64,000 nucleotides of DNA from Gammaproteobacteria bacterium (GCA_030429735.1 JAUIET010000011.1:81591-145590), one strand, 5' to 3'. Shown: positions 29,157-39,719, numbered from the stretch's first letter. Notes: generated by a model from the letters alone, not told the origin. Translations and numbers: made by a program.

Positions 29157-30470
29157 ATGTTGTTTACGATAAATCCCGGTGGTGTACTCACTGGAACACT
29201 GCGGGTTCCTGGAGACAAATCGATTTCTCATCGCTCTGTTATGTTGGGTTCAATTGCTGAGGGCGTGACAGAGGTTGAGGGGTTTCTGCAGGGCGAAGAC
29301 AGCCTGGCCACGCTGCAGGCATTCCAGAGAATGGGAGTGCAAATAGATCGCGAAAGCAATGGTAAGTTGCGAATTCAGGGGCGCGGGTTGCGGGGGTTGC
29401 AGGACCCTGGCGTGGCGCTTGATTTAGGCAATTCCGGTACATCAATGCGTTTGCTTACTGGATTATTGGCGGGGCAATCATTTTCCAGCCGGTTGACCGG
29501 CGATGAGTCTCTGAACAGCCGCCCCATGAACCGTGTGGCACTGCCGCTTGGTGAGATGGGGGCGTCGATAGAAACATCGGGTAATGGGCGGCCACCGCTT
29601 TTGATACATGGCTCGAATGGTTTGCGCGGAATAGAGTACACCTTGCCGGTGGCCAGCGCGCAGATCAAATCAAGCCTGTTGCTGGCCGGGTTGTACGCTT
29701 CCGGGCACACCACAATCACTGAGCCTGCCCCAACCCGGGATCATACTGAGCGCATGTTGCGCTCTTTGGGCTATGAAGTGGAGACTGAGGCTCAGTCCGC
29801 AACTGCCAGCCGGATTACTGTTCGAGGAGGTGGCTCACTGACTGGTACCAAGCTGTCCGTGCCCGCCGACATTTCGTCTGCCGCTTTTTTTATGGTTGCA
29901 GCAAGCATAGTGCCGGGCAGCGAGCTGCTTTTACGCGACGTCGGCGTAAATCCAACGCGTACCGGTATTGTGCATATTTTGCGCGCTATGGGTGCAGACC
30001 TGAGCTTTGAAAATGAGCGCTTATGGGGCGCTGAGCCGGTAGCCGATATCAGGGTGCGCTATGCGCAGTTGCGGGGGATCGAAATTGATGAGCAGCTGGT
30101 TCCACTCGCGATAGATGAGTTTCCAGTCATTTTTATTGCGGCACTGGCCGCTGAAGGGGAGACCATTTTACGCGGGGCCCGTGAACTCAGGGTCAAGGAA
30201 AGCGATCGCATAGCGGTAATGGAAGAAGGTATCTTGTTACTGGGCGGCAAGGCAGAAGCCACGGATGATGGTATGAGCATTCACGGCAGTACTCTGACGG
30301 GAGGCCGGGTTGACAGCCACGGCGATCATCGGATTGCGATGGCGTTTGCGGTGGCTGGTTTGCTGGCAAGCGGGCCAGTTCACATTGCGGATTGCGACAA
30401 TGTGGCCACCAGCTTTCCGGGTTTTGCCGAGCTGTCGGCTAATGCAGGCATGAACATAACGGTGCAGTAA
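29157..30470 (+). CDS. aroA: 3-phosphoshikimate 1-carboxyvinyltransferase (EPSP synthase)
   Basis: PGDKSISHR, LGNSGTSMRLL and DHRIAMAFAVAGL motifs. Confidence 0.95.
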   Translation: MLFTINPGGVLTGTLRVPGDKSISHRSVMLGSIAEGVTEVEGFLQGEDSLATLQAFQRMGVQIDRESNGKLRIQGRGLRGLQDPGVALDLGNSGTSMRLLTGLLAGQSFSSRLTGDESLNSRPMNRVALPLGEMGASIETSGNGRPPLLIHGSNGLRGIEYTLPVASAQIKSSLLLAGLYASGHTTITEPAPTRDHTERMLRSLGYEVETEAQSATASRITVRGGGSLTGTKLSVPADISSAAFFMVAASIVPGSELLLRDVGVNPTRTGIVHILRAMGADLSFENERLWGAEPVADIRVRYAQLRGIEIDEQLVPLAIDEFPVIFIAALAAEGETILRGARELRVKESDRIAVMEEGILLLGGKAEATDDGMSIHGSTLTGGRVDSHGDHRIAMAFAVAGLLASGPVHIADCDNVATSFPGFAELSANAGMNITVQ

Positions 30471-31156
30471 TGAAAACCAACACGCCAGTGATCACTATTG
30501 ATGGCCCAAGTGGCACAGGTAAGGGTACTTTATCGCAGCTGCTGGCAAATAAGTTGCGGTGGCATCTGCTGGATAGCGGCGCCATGTACCGTGTATTGGC
30601 ATTGGCTGCACTGGACAGCGGTGTAGACCTCGACGATGAGTTGCAGTTGGCGCAGCTGGCACTTGAATTGGACATTAATTTCACACCCGATCAGCATACC
30701 GGTGTGCCCTCAATCCAGCTTGCAGGTGCTGAGGTAAGTGATCGCATAAGAGAGCATGAAATCAGCGAAGCCTCTTCCAGAGTCGCCGCGCACCCTGCCG
30801 TACGGACGGCACTGCTGGATTTGCAGCGTGCATTCCAACGGGAGCCTGGCCTGGTGGCAGATGGGCGAGACATGGGCTCCACGGTCTTTCCCCGAGCCAA
30901 TCTGAAAATTTTCCTGACCGCGAGCGCGGACGCTCGTGCACAAAGGCGTTATAAGCAGTTGAAAACAAAGGAAGATAGTGATAGTCTCCGCGCACTTCGT
31001 GAGGACCTCGATAAACGAGATCAACGCGACATGACTCGCGCAGCCTCACCGCTGCGCCCGGCAGACGACGCATTGATTATCGACAGCACAAACTTGTCGA
31101 TAGAACAGGTGTTTGATCGTTTGCTGGAAGCCGTTAAGCAGCATGGCTTGTGCTAG
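30470..31156 (+). CDS. cmk: cytidylate kinase
   Basis: ITIDGPSGTGKGT P-loop and DGRDMGTVVFP-like segment. Overlaps the aroA stop. Confidence 0.95.
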   Translation: MKTNTPVITIDGPSGTGKGTLSQLLANKLRWHLLDSGAMYRVLALAALDSGVDLDDELQLAQLALELDINFTPDQHTGVPSIQLAGAEVSDRIREHEISEASSRVAAHPAVRTALLDLQRAFQREPGLVADGRDMGSTVFPRANLKIFLTASADARAQRRYKQLKTKEDSDSLRALREDLDKRDQRDMTRAASPLRPADDALIIDSTNLSIEQVFDRLLEAVKQHGLC

Positions 31157-31278
31157 GGTCATAAAAGAAGGAAGTAATTGGGATCGCGCTGTTCCTTGTA
31201 GCCAGAGTGTCGATACCCTTATTAACTCACTAACCCCGCATCGGCTGGAAATGCGGCGCACTCAAAGAGACCATCCCT

Positions 31279-32955
31279 ATGAGCGAAAGCTTTGCTGAAC
31301 TTTTCGAAGAAAGTTTAAAAACCATTGAAATGAAACCCGGCGCCATTGTCACCGGCGTTGTTATCGATATAGATTCTGAATGGGTTACTGTCCACGCCGG
31401 ACTGAAATCCGAAGGTGTTATTCCACGTTCGCAGTTTGTCAGCGAAGGTGGTGAATTCTCGCTTGATATTGGCGACGAGGTGCAAGTTGCACTGGAATCC
31501 GTGGAAGACGGTTTTGGGGAAACCAAACTGTCGCGCGAGAAAGCCCGCAGAGCGGAAGCCTGGAAAGAGCTTGAATTGGCGTTTGATACAGAGGAGGTGG
31601 TCCGCGGTGTCATTAATGGCAAGGTTAAAGGCGGCTTCACGGTTGACGTTGGTGGCGTAAGAGCCTTTTTGCCAGGGTCACTGGTTGATTTGCGCCCGGT
31701 ACGCGAAACCACCCACCTGGAAGGCAAAGAGCTTGAGTTTAAAGTGATCAAGCTGGACCAGAAGCGCAATAACGTTGTTATTTCTCGCCGTGCGGTGATG
31801 GAAGTGGCCAATAGCGAAGAGCGCGAAGCCTTGCTCGCCAGCTTGCAGGAAGGTGCACCGGCTAAAGGTGTGGTTAAGAACCTTACCGACTATGGAGCCT
31901 TTGTTGACCTTGGTGGTATTGATGGCTTGCTGCACATTACCGATATGGCGTGGAAGCGCATCAAGCACCCAAGCGAAGTGGTTAATGTGGGTGATGAGAT
32001 CGACGTCAAGATTCTGAAGTTTGATCGTGAGCGCAATCGCGTGTCACTTGGTATGAAACAGCTGGGTGAAGATCCCTGGGTGGAAATCAAAAACCGTTAT
32101 CCAGAGAATAGCCGCGTCACCGCACGGGTCACCAACCTCACGGATTACGGGTGCTTTGCTGAGCTTGAAGAAGGTGTGGAAGGACTGGTTCACGTTTCAG
32201 AGATGGATTGGACCAACAAGAATGTACATCCTTCCAAACTGGTTCAGGTTGGCGACGAAGTAGAAGTCATGATTCTGGATATTGACGAAGAACGACGTCG
32301 TATTTCTCTGGGCATGAAACAATGTCAGCAGAACCCTTGGGACGCGTTCGGATCGCAGTTCAGCAAAGGCGACAAAATCAAGGGCAGCATCAAGTCAATC
32401 ACCGACTTCGGTATCTTTATTGGCCTGGACGGTAATATTGATGGTCTGGTGCACCTGTCTGATATTTCCTGGCACGAAGAAGGCGAAGAAGCGGTACGCC
32501 GTTTCTCCAAGGGCGATGAACTGGAAACCGTTATTCTGGCGATCGACCCTGAGCGTGAGCGAATCTCACTGGGTGTGAAGCAATTGGAAAACGATCCGTT
32601 CTCCAGCTTTCTAACTGCCAATGACAAAGGGTCAGTGGTAATGGGTGTTGTCAAAGAAGTTGACGCGAAAGCGGCAACCCTGACCCTGGCTGAAGACGTT
32701 GAAGGCGTGTTGAAGGCGTCTGAAATCAGCCGCGATAAGGTTGAAGATGCTCGTAATGTGATCAATGTTGGTGATGAAATTGAAGTTAAAATCATCAATG
32801 TTGACCGCAAGGGTCGCATAGTGAACCTCTCGATCAAGGCGAAAGAGTTTGAGGAAGAGAAACAGGCGATTCGCGATCACAAGGAAACTCAGCCTGATGA
32901 GTCTGCACCAACAACCTTGGGCGATTTGATTAAAGCCAAAATGGATCGGCAATAA
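31279..32955 (+). CDS. rpsA: 30S ribosomal protein S1
   Basis: 558 aa with six S1 repeats (e.g. [26 protein letters not shown]). N-terminus [13 protein letters not shown]. Confidence 0.98.
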   Translation: MSESFAELFEESLKTIEMKPGAIVTGVVIDIDSEWVTVHAGLKSEGVIPRSQFVSEGGEFSLDIGDEVQVALESVEDGFGETKLSREKARRAEAWKELELAFDTEEVVRGVINGKVKGGFTVDVGGVRAFLPGSLVDLRPVRETTHLEGKELEFKVIKLDQKRNNVVISRRAVMEVANSEEREALLASLQEGAPAKGVVKNLTDYGAFVDLGGIDGLLHITDMAWKRIKHPSEVVNVGDEIDVKILKFDRERNRVSLGMKQLGEDPWVEIKNRYPENSRVTARVTNLTDYGCFAELEEGVEGLVHVSEMDWTNKNVHPSKLVQVGDEVEVMILDIDEERRRISLGMKQCQQNPWDAFGSQFSKGDKIKGSIKSITDFGIFIGLDGNIDGLVHLSDISWHEEGEEAVRRFSKGDELETVILAIDPERERISLGVKQLENDPFSSFLTANDKGSVVMGVVKEVDAKAATLTLAEDVEGVLKASEISRDKVEDARNVINVGDEIEVKIINVDRKGRIVNLSIKAKEFEEEKQAIRDHKETQPDESAPTTLGDLIKAKMDRQ

Positions 32956-32967
32956 TCAAACCGGATT

Positions 32968-33004
32968 CCGGCTTGGCGCGAAGGTCAAGCCGGTTTCTGC
33001 TTTT
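32968..33004 (+). terminator. rho-independent terminator after rpsA
   Basis: CCGGCTTG (32968-75) pairs with CAAGCCGG (32986-93) across a 10-nt loop. A T-rich tail tttctgctttt follows. Confidence 0.55.
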
Positions 33005-33104
33005 AATGCCAAGGTATTGATTTTAAAATGTTTTGGACGCAAGATCGAATCTGATCTATAGTATCTCTACACCCTACAGGGCTTCCAGTTCCAATATAAA
33101 ACCA

Positions 33105-33401
33105 ATGACCAAGTCAGAGCTGATTGAACATATCGCAGCGGCGCAGACCCAACTGTCGCCCAAAGACGTTGAGCTTGCGGTGAAGACAGTCATTGAACAA
33201 ATGTGCCAAACTCTTGCCGCAGGCGATCGAATAGAAATTCGCGGTTTTGGCAGTTTTTCCCTGCATTACCGCGAGCCGAGATTAGGGCGCAACCCAAAAA
33301 CGGGTGAGAAAGTGGAGCTGGCAGGCAAGAGCGTGCCGCACTTTAAACCTGGCAAAGAGTTGCGAGAGCGAGTCAACGAAAGCTTGAAGCGCTATCCCTG
33401 A
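33105..33401 (+). CDS. ihfB: integration host factor subunit beta
   Basis: From the ATG at 33105: [11 protein letters not shown]...[31 protein letters not shown]. This gives 98 aa. Confidence 0.95.
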   Translation: MTKSELIEHIAAAQTQLSPKDVELAVKTVIEQMCQTLAAGDRIEIRGFGSFSLHYREPRLGRNPKTGEKVELAGKSVPHFKPGKELRERVNESLKRYP

Positions 33402-33530
33402 AGTCCAGGCAGGGCGTCCGTTCCCCTGTCTGCGTTTCCCAATATTTACGTTTAGAATAGCCAATTCTGCTGCACAGCGGCTGACGGTCCTGCGATAATT
33501 GCGCTGTGGTTTTTCAGACGGGGATTTTTC

Positions 33531-33815
33531 ATGCTTAGAATTATTAACATTTTATTGCTAATTGTTCTGGCTGTATCAGCAACTGCATTTGCTCTTCAAA
33601 ACACCAGCCCGGCAACGCTGGATTTGTTTTTTACGCAAGTGGAGGACGTGTCAGTGGGGGCGATAGCCTTGGCGTCGTTTGCAACGGGCGGTTTGTTCGG
33701 GCTGCTTGCCGGCTGCGCTGTCTGGTTTCGCCTGAAGCGTGCTGAGCGTGCGGCAAAACGAAAACTGGCTCAGTCTGAAAAAGAGCTGGACAGTTTGCGC
33801 TCCAACGTGGCCTAG
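33531..33815 (+). CDS. lapA: lipopolysaccharide assembly protein LapA (DUF1049)
   Basis: 94 aa with two TM spans and a basic/coiled C-terminus. Located immediately upstream of lapB, the conserved arrangement. Confidence 0.7.
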   Translation: MLRIINILLLIVLAVSATAFALQNTSPATLDLFFTQVEDVSVGAIALASFATGGLFGLLAGCAVWFRLKRAERAAKRKLAQSEKELDSLRSNVA

Positions 33816-33844
33816 TGTGCTTGCAGCGAGCTCTTGGCAATAGC

Positions 33845-33872
33845 CCTTGCTCCTTGCTCCTTGCTCCTTGCT
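33845..33872. repeat. perfect heptanucleotide microsatellite (CCTTGCT)x4
   Basis: Four uninterrupted copies were counted at 33845-33872 in the lapA-lapB spacer, 24 nt upstream of the lapB ATG. Confidence 0.9.
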
Positions 33873-33895
33873 GCGCCAGCGCCTCCGTAGACTGA

Positions 33896-35071
33896 ATGCC
33901 TGAACCTATTCTATTTGCATTTCTGTTTGTCGCCGTAGTCATTGGCTGGCTGCTCGGGCGCTGGACAGCGAACCGAAAGCAGCGCTCCGATCTTGTCAAT
34001 CAACGACTGAGGCAACCGTACATTACCGGTCTCAATTTTCTGTTGAACGATCAGCCCGATGGCGCGATCGACGCTTTCATAGCGTCCCTGGAAGTGAACA
34101 GCGAAACGATGGAGACTCATCTTGCGATCGGCAATTTGTCCAGACGACGCGGTGAAACAGATCGGGCGATACGAGTGCACCAGAATCTGTTGGCGAGGCC
34201 TTCCCTAAGCCGCGAACAGCGTCAAAAAGTGCAGTTTGAGTTGGCACTTGACTACACGAAAGCGGGCTGGCTGGACAGAGCCGAGCGTATTCTCAAAGAG
34301 TTGATTGGCCAGGCCACGTTGCCTGATCGAGCAAAAGTGTTGGCAACGCTGATCGATATTTATCAGCAAGAGCAGGAATGGGCGCTTGCCCTGCCGCTGG
34401 CTCAAAAATACATTTCATTGACCAATGAAGAACAAGCCGAGCAGATGGCGATTGCTGCTTCGCACTATTGTTGCGAGATCGCTGAAGTCGCAATTGCCGA
34501 ACAACGTTTCCACGACGCCGAGAAAAGCGCGCGTCAGGCGCTGCAATTGTCGGCCAAAAATGCGCGAGCCTCGATGCTCAAGGCACAAGCTCAGCTTGGT
34601 CTGGGACGCGAGCGTCGTGCGCTTTCTTCGCTGAAAAAAATGGCCGAGGCGTCGCCTGATAAATTGATTGAGGCGATGCCATTGTTGCAACAAATCTTCA
34701 CCAGTAGAGGTGATGAGGCCGGTGCGCTGGATTTTTTGCAACAATTTGCTGCCAGCGATGGCAGTGGAACGTTGTCATCATTGCTTTTCGAACAAATACG
34801 GAAACACAAAGGCGACGAGAGGGCTCTGCAATACCTGCAGAGCAATCAATATGCACAGGCAACTCTGACTGAGTTACTGCAAGTGCTGAAAATAGAGACC
34901 AGCAAACTCGAAGGAATCGATTCTGCAAGCCTCGACAAGATTGTCGAATGTTTGTTGAAGGAAGAGCAGCAGCGCTGGACTTATCGCTGCAGACAATGCG
35001 GCTTTGGCGGCAATCAATTGCACTGGTTGTGCCCTGGCTGTAAAACCTGGGGTACCGTTAGCAGGGTTTGA
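33896..35071 (+). CDS. lapB: lipopolysaccharide assembly protein LapB (YciM)
   Basis: N-terminal TM segment, TPR repeats, and a C-terminal rubredoxin-like CRQCGFGGNQLHWLCPGCKTWGT. Confidence 0.9.
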   Translation: MPEPILFAFLFVAVVIGWLLGRWTANRKQRSDLVNQRLRQPYITGLNFLLNDQPDGAIDAFIASLEVNSETMETHLAIGNLSRRRGETDRAIRVHQNLLARPSLSREQRQKVQFELALDYTKAGWLDRAERILKELIGQATLPDRAKVLATLIDIYQQEQEWALALPLAQKYISLTNEEQAEQMAIAASHYCCEIAEVAIAEQRFHDAEKSARQALQLSAKNARASMLKAQAQLGLGRERRALSSLKKMAEASPDKLIEAMPLLQQIFTSRGDEAGALDFLQQFAASDGSGTLSSLLFEQIRKHKGDERALQYLQSNQYAQATLTELLQVLKIETSKLEGIDSASLDKIVECLLKEEQQRWTYRCRQCGFGGNQLHWLCPGCKTWGTVSRV

Positions 35072-35227
35072 CTGCTAGCGCGAGTCTATTCACGAACCTG
35101 CTAAACATGTGCATTTCTCGCACAGCTTGCAGATATTTCTCACATTTCTGCGCAATAACTGTGTTAGTTTATTGATGTGCAGGAAGCACGTATTGACTAT
35201 AAAACCGGTTTCAAAAGGAGATGAGCC

Positions 35228-35566
35228 ATGTTTTTACAATCACAACAAACACCTATTTCAACACTGATTAACCACGGCTGCCGCTTAGCGGCATTGCTTG
35301 GCGTGTTGGCATTGAACCCCGTTCTGGCCAATGCTGAAGCAGGCGCCAAGTCGACAGTGGCAGAGCGCCAAACTGCTGAGGTCAATGTGAACACAGCCGC
35401 CGCGGAAACGCTGGCTCAGCTGAATGGCATTGGTTTGGCAAAAGCCAAAGCGATTGTCGACTATCGTGAAAAGTTCGGCCGTTTTCGTACTTTGGAGGAT
35501 TTGCTTGCCGTTGAAGGTATTGGCAAAGCAACCTTGGCGAAGAACCGCAGTCGTATACGCATGTAG
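35228..35566 (+). CDS. ComEA-family helix-hairpin-helix DNA-binding protein
   Basis: Signal peptide, then VNVNTAAAETLAQLNGIGLAKAKAIVDYREKFGRFRTLEDLLAVEGIG. Confidence 0.8.
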   Translation: MFLQSQQTPISTLINHGCRLAALLGVLALNPVLANAEAGAKSTVAERQTAEVNVNTAAAETLAQLNGIGLAKAKAIVDYREKFGRFRTLEDLLAVEGIGKATLAKNRSRIRM

Positions 35567-35705
35567 TGTCCCGCTGTCGCTATGGCGACACCTGTGATGC
35601 GTTGCAGCGGGTGTATTCTCGCTGTGGCGCTATTATTCCCAAGGTAATACTGATTCAAACTTGTTAGGCTACGCGGCAGGCATAAATTTTAATCCGCTTA
35701 ACAAG

Positions 35706-36629
35706 ATGTCCTCCATTCAGACCATACTACTCACTGGCAGTGACGGATTTATTGGCTTGCATGTGGCACCGGCATTGCAGGCGGCCGGTTACACAGTTAT
35801 GCACTCCATGTTGCGTGCCGAGCGCTTTTCTGAAGAGCAATGCATGACCGAGCTGCAAGGTGTTGATGCAGTTGTTAATCTGGTTGGATTGGCCCATTCT
35901 AATCCCCGCAGAGTTCAGGAACATGATTACCGGCAAGTGAATGCAGAATTCCCCACACACCTGGGTTGCTGCGCGCTGGCCTCGGGTGTGCAACGCTTTG
36001 TGCATGTGAGCTCTGTTAAAGCCGTGCATTATCAGCCCGCGTTGGCGCCGAATGATGAGGCCAACAATGTGCCGGCACAGGACATCTACGGCGCCAGCAA
36101 GTACGCTGGTGAACAAAATCTGCTTCAGCTCGACTGGCGCGCGTCACAATGCGTAGTGCTAAGGCCAAGCCTCGTTTACGGCACTGGCGTAAAGGCGAAC
36201 ATGCGGTCATTATTGCGAGCATCACGCTCACGGCTTTGCCCTGAGTTGCTCGATACCGGCCCACGATCAATGTTGAATGTGAATAACTTTTGCAGTGCTT
36301 TGATGACCGTGTTGGCGGCCGAGCAGATCAAAGAACAGTTGTACATCATTACCGACAGTAATAGTTTGACCGTGGCTGATATTCAGAAAGCAACTCGCAG
36401 AGCAATGATGCGCGAGAGCGCGACTTGGCAGCTTTCGGCAGCCACCATTTCTGCGTTGCTTGGCGCGCTGAAGGTACTTCCTGATGCGTGGTTGAGCCCT
36501 GTTAGTAAGCCGTTTTCGAAGTTAACTGAGTCAGAATTGTATACGGCAAGGCGGTTTGAACAAGAGTTCAATTGGGTGGCCAGGCATGGCATTGATGATG
36601 CTATGCCAGACATGCTGGAGGCTCTGTAG
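35706..36629 (+). CDS. NAD-dependent epimerase/dehydratase family protein (WbpK/WbpV-like nucleotide-sugar reductase/epimerase)
   Basis: From the ATG at 35706: ILLTGSDGFIGLHV (GxxGxxG) and YGASKYAGE (YxxxK). Position immediately upstream of the wbpL/wbpM-like genes. Confidence 0.78.
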   Translation: MSSIQTILLTGSDGFIGLHVAPALQAAGYTVMHSMLRAERFSEEQCMTELQGVDAVVNLVGLAHSNPRRVQEHDYRQVNAEFPTHLGCCALASGVQRFVHVSSVKAVHYQPALAPNDEANNVPAQDIYGASKYAGEQNLLQLDWRASQCVVLRPSLVYGTGVKANMRSLLRASRSRLCPELLDTGPRSMLNVNNFCSALMTVLAAEQIKEQLYIITDSNSLTVADIQKATRRAMMRESATWQLSAATISALLGALKVLPDAWLSPVSKPFSKLTESELYTARRFEQEFNWVARHGIDDAMPDMLEAL

Positions 36630-36653
36630 ATCATGGTCAACAGGGCGCACTGA

Positions 36654-37649
36654 ATGACTGAATTGTTGCTAATGTTGCTTTGCGTGTTCTTGCTCAGCCA
36701 TTGCTTGCTGAGTATCTACAGGCGGCTGGCACTGCGCAGGCATTGGCTTGATGTACCCAACGCACGCAGTTCCCATGCAGTGCCCGTGCCGGGTGGCGCC
36801 GGCCTATGCCTGGCAATTGCCTTTCTTTTTGCGTCGGTGTACCTGTTCATTGAAGGTCAAATGCCTGCACCGATACTGTGGCTGCACAGCTTATCGCTAA
36901 TGATGGCATTGACCGGCTGGTTAGACGACCGTCTTGCGTTATCACGGCGACTGCGGGCAATTATTTATCTGCTATGCGCTGTGTTGTTTGTTCGCTTCGG
37001 CACCTTGGAATCAGTGACATTGCTACTTTTGTGTCTGGCCCTTTTTCTATTTGCGTTCGTCAATGCGTTTAATTTTATGGATGGCATTGATGGTATTGCG
37101 GCGGCCCAGGTGTTGTTTTTCGCACTTGCATTTCAGTGTGTTGCGGCTGGCGATCTTGATTCCGGGCTGCGGTTAACCTTGGGTCTTATGGCGACGCTTG
37201 CCGCAGCATTTCTATTCTGGAACTGGTCACCTGCTCGCGTTTTTTTAGGCGATTCCGGGAGCCTGTTCTTTGGTTTTCTGTTGGCTGGCAGTGCGGTTTA
37301 CGCAGACCGTGCAGAGATAGTTCCGATTCTTTCAAGCTCAATCTTACTCGCGGTGTTTATCGCTGACAGCGCAGTAACCTTGCTTGCAAGACTGATCGGT
37401 GGTGAACGCATTCAAGATGCGCACCGTACCCATCTTTATCAATTACTGGCCCAGCATTGGGGAAGCCATAGTCGCGTGGTGCTTGTGTATTCAGTGGTTA
37501 ATATTACCGTTTTGCTGCCGATTGCTCTGCTTTCACAGGCTCATCCAACGTGGGCAGCTATACTGTGTGCAGTGACCTATGCGATTCTCTGTGCAATTGT
37601 CTGGTTTTACCGCAGTCATTTATTGCCTTCCTCGGCAGAGAAAATATAA
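36654..37649 (+). CDS. glycosyltransferase family 4, undecaprenyl-phosphate HexNAc-1-phosphate transferase (WbpL/WecA-like)
   Basis: Polytopic membrane protein with NAFNFMDGIDG and FLGDSGS motifs. Confidence 0.85.
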   Translation: MTELLLMLLCVFLLSHCLLSIYRRLALRRHWLDVPNARSSHAVPVPGGAGLCLAIAFLFASVYLFIEGQMPAPILWLHSLSLMMALTGWLDDRLALSRRLRAIIYLLCAVLFVRFGTLESVTLLLLCLALFLFAFVNAFNFMDGIDGIAAAQVLFFALAFQCVAAGDLDSGLRLTLGLMATLAAAFLFWNWSPARVFLGDSGSLFFGFLLAGSAVYADRAEIVPILSSSILLAVFIADSAVTLLARLIGGERIQDAHRTHLYQLLAQHWGSHSRVVLVYSVVNITVLLPIALLSQAHPTWAAILCAVTYAILCAIVWFYRSHLLPSSAEKI

Positions 37650-37694
37650 TGCACGGTTGACTGGCTCTATCAGGCTCAGGAAGGCCGAGATGCT

Positions 37695-39719
37695 ATGCAA
37701 ATAAGAAGGCGTATCCACCGCCTGGTGGATTATTTTTCCCCCATCGACAAAGCGGCTGAGTTACCTCGTAACGTTAAGCAGACGTTGATGTTACTGGTCG
37801 ACTTGCTGTGCATTCCTCTTGCCATCTGGATATCCGTGGCATTGCGCTGGGGCAGCACAGAGTTTCCGATCGGTCCAATGGCCTATCTCGCCGTGGGCCT
37901 GACCATTGCAATCAGTGCTGCCTTGTTTTTACGGCTGGGTCTGTATCGCGCAGTGATACGCTTTATGGGCCATCAGGCCATTATGGCTGTTCTGAAAGCC
38001 GTTACTGTTTCAGCGCTCGTATTCAGCGTATTGAATTATACGATGGATACCAGCTTACCGCGTTCTACTCCGCTGCTGTACTGGGCCATTTGTGTGTTGC
38101 TGATTGGTGGCTCACGTTTGGGCATCCGGGCTTTCTATCAGTACAAACTGAAGAGCATGGCCGACAAAGTAGTGATCTATGGGGCCGGCGCATCCGGGCG
38201 GCAATTGCTGACTGCGTTGCTGCACAGTGATGAATATCATCCGGTGTGTTTTATAGATGATGACCCGCGTTTGCAGGGTACGGTGATCAACGGGGTGACT
38301 GTCGCCGGGCCGGAACGCCTGGCCCAGTTGGTGAATCACCACGAAGTCAGCCAGGTATTGCTTGCGATGCCGTCAGTAGCACGCGAATACCGACGCGATG
38401 TTATCAATCGCCTGGTCGGCTTGGCGGTACATGTAAAAACCATACCGAATTTTGCCAGCCTGATTCAGGGCAGGGCATCGATCGCCGAAATACAGGATAT
38501 TGATATTGAGGATTTGCTTGGGCGTGACCCGGTGCCCCCGCATCCCGAATTGATTGATCAATGTGTGGAAAGCAAAGTGGTGCTGGTGACCGGAGCGGGA
38601 GGTTCGATTGGCGCTGAATTATGCCGGCAAATAATCAACCATAAACCAAAAGAACTGGTTTTGTTTGAAGCCTCTGAGTTTGCGCTGTACCAGATAGAGC
38701 AAGAGCTGAGGCAAAGCCTGATGGCCCTGAAAGTGCCCTGCAAACTAACCCCTCTATTGGGCTCGGTGAAAGACAAAAAACTCATTCAGCGCGTGATGAA
38801 TGTTTGCGAAGTGCAAACGGTGTATCACGCGGCCGCGCACAAGCATGTGCCTGTGGTTGAATACAATGTTGCCGAGGGCGTTGCCAATAATGTGTTTGGC
38901 ACGGTAAATACGGCTCTGGCGGCCGTGAATGCACACGTAGAGCGTTTTGTGTTGGTGTCTACCGATAAAGCGGTTAGACCAACCAATATCATGGGGGCGT
39001 CCAAGCGGCTGGCCGAAATTGTGTTGCAAGGGCTGGCGCAGAAGCCAGGTAACACCAATTTCAGTATGGTTCGTTTTGGCAATGTGCTGGGTTCTTCTGG
39101 GTCGGTTGTGCCACTGTTTAGGGATCAAATCAATTCGGGTGGCCCTGTCACAGTGACACACACCGAAATCATTCGTTACTTTATGACCATCCCGGAAGCA
39201 GCACAGTTGGTGCTGCAGTCCGGGGCGTTGGCTCGCGGAGGCGATGTTTTTGTGCTGGATATGGGCGAGCCTGTACGAATTGTGGATCTTGCCCGGCGAA
39301 TGATTCGATTGATGGGGTTTGAAATAAAAGATGAAAACAACCCCTACGGCGATATCGAGATTAAGGTTACCGGTTTGCGCCCGGGTGAGAAACTCTATGA
39401 GGAACTGCTGGTTGGTAATAATGTGAGTGGTACTGGCCACCCCATGATTATGTGCGCCGAGGAAGAGTTTCCCGACTACGATGTTGTACAGCAGTATCTT
39501 ATCAGCCTGGAAGCGGCGTGCAGTGAAGGTGACTGTGACAGCATCCGGGCGATTCTGGTCGAGCTGGTGAATGGATTTGTCAGCAAAGGCCCCGTGGCGG
39601 ACTATCTTTGGGAGCGCATGGCGCCTACGCAAAGTGGGAAAACAATATCACCCAGAGTGGATGAGTCGCCAAAGGTGAAGCCTTTGTTTCCAGAGAAAAC
39701 CAATACACGTTCAAGTTAA
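37695..39719 (+). CDS. polysaccharide biosynthesis protein, membrane-anchored UDP-GlcNAc 4,6-dehydratase (WbpM/CapD/PglF family)
   Basis: 674 aa. N-terminal TM helices, VLVTGAGGSIGAEL, YHAAAHKHVP and VSTDKAV motifs. Confidence 0.9.
   Translation: MQIRRRIHRLVDYFSPIDKAAELPRNVKQTLMLLVDLLCIPLAIWISVALRWGSTEFPIGPMAYLAVGLTIAISAALFLRLGLYRAVIRFMGHQAIMAVLKAVTVSALVFSVLNYTMDTSLPRSTPLLYWAICVLLIGGSRLGIRAFYQYKLKSMADKVVIYGAGASGRQLLTALLHSDEYHPVCFIDDDPRLQGTVINGVTVAGPERLAQLVNHHEVSQVLLAMPSVAREYRRDVINRLVGLAVHVKTIPNFASLIQGRASIAEIQDIDIEDLLGRDPVPPHPELIDQCVESKVVLVTGAGGSIGAELCRQIINHKPKELVLFEASEFALYQIEQELRQSLMALKVPCKLTPLLGSVKDKKLIQRVMNVCEVQTVYHAAAHKHVPVVEYNVAEGVANNVFGTVNTALAAVNAHVERFVLVSTDKAVRPTNIMGASKRLAEIVLQGLAQKPGNTNFSMVRFGNVLGSSGSVVPLFRDQINSGGPVTVTHTEIIRYFMTIPEAAQLVLQSGALARGGDVFVLDMGEPVRIVDLARRMIRLMGFEIKDENNPYGDIEIKVTGLRPGEKLYEELLVGNNVSGTGHPMIMCAEEEFPDYDVVQQYLISLEAACSEGDCDSIRAILVELVNGFVSKGPVADYLWERMAPTQSGKTISPRVDESPKVKPLFPEKTNTRSS

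Noticed and set aside
31230-32837. 193-aa and 170-aa - strand ORFs inside rpsA; likewise 18582-19143 (-) inside scpB/rluB and 46182-46754 (-) inside uvrB
   Set aside because: These are Ser/Thr/Pro-rich shadow ORFs opposite highly expressed or clearly identified genes.
38754-39632. 292-aa - strand ORF
   Set aside because: It is antisense to the WbpM-like gene, has a His/Arg/Gln-rich low-complexity translation, and shows no motifs.
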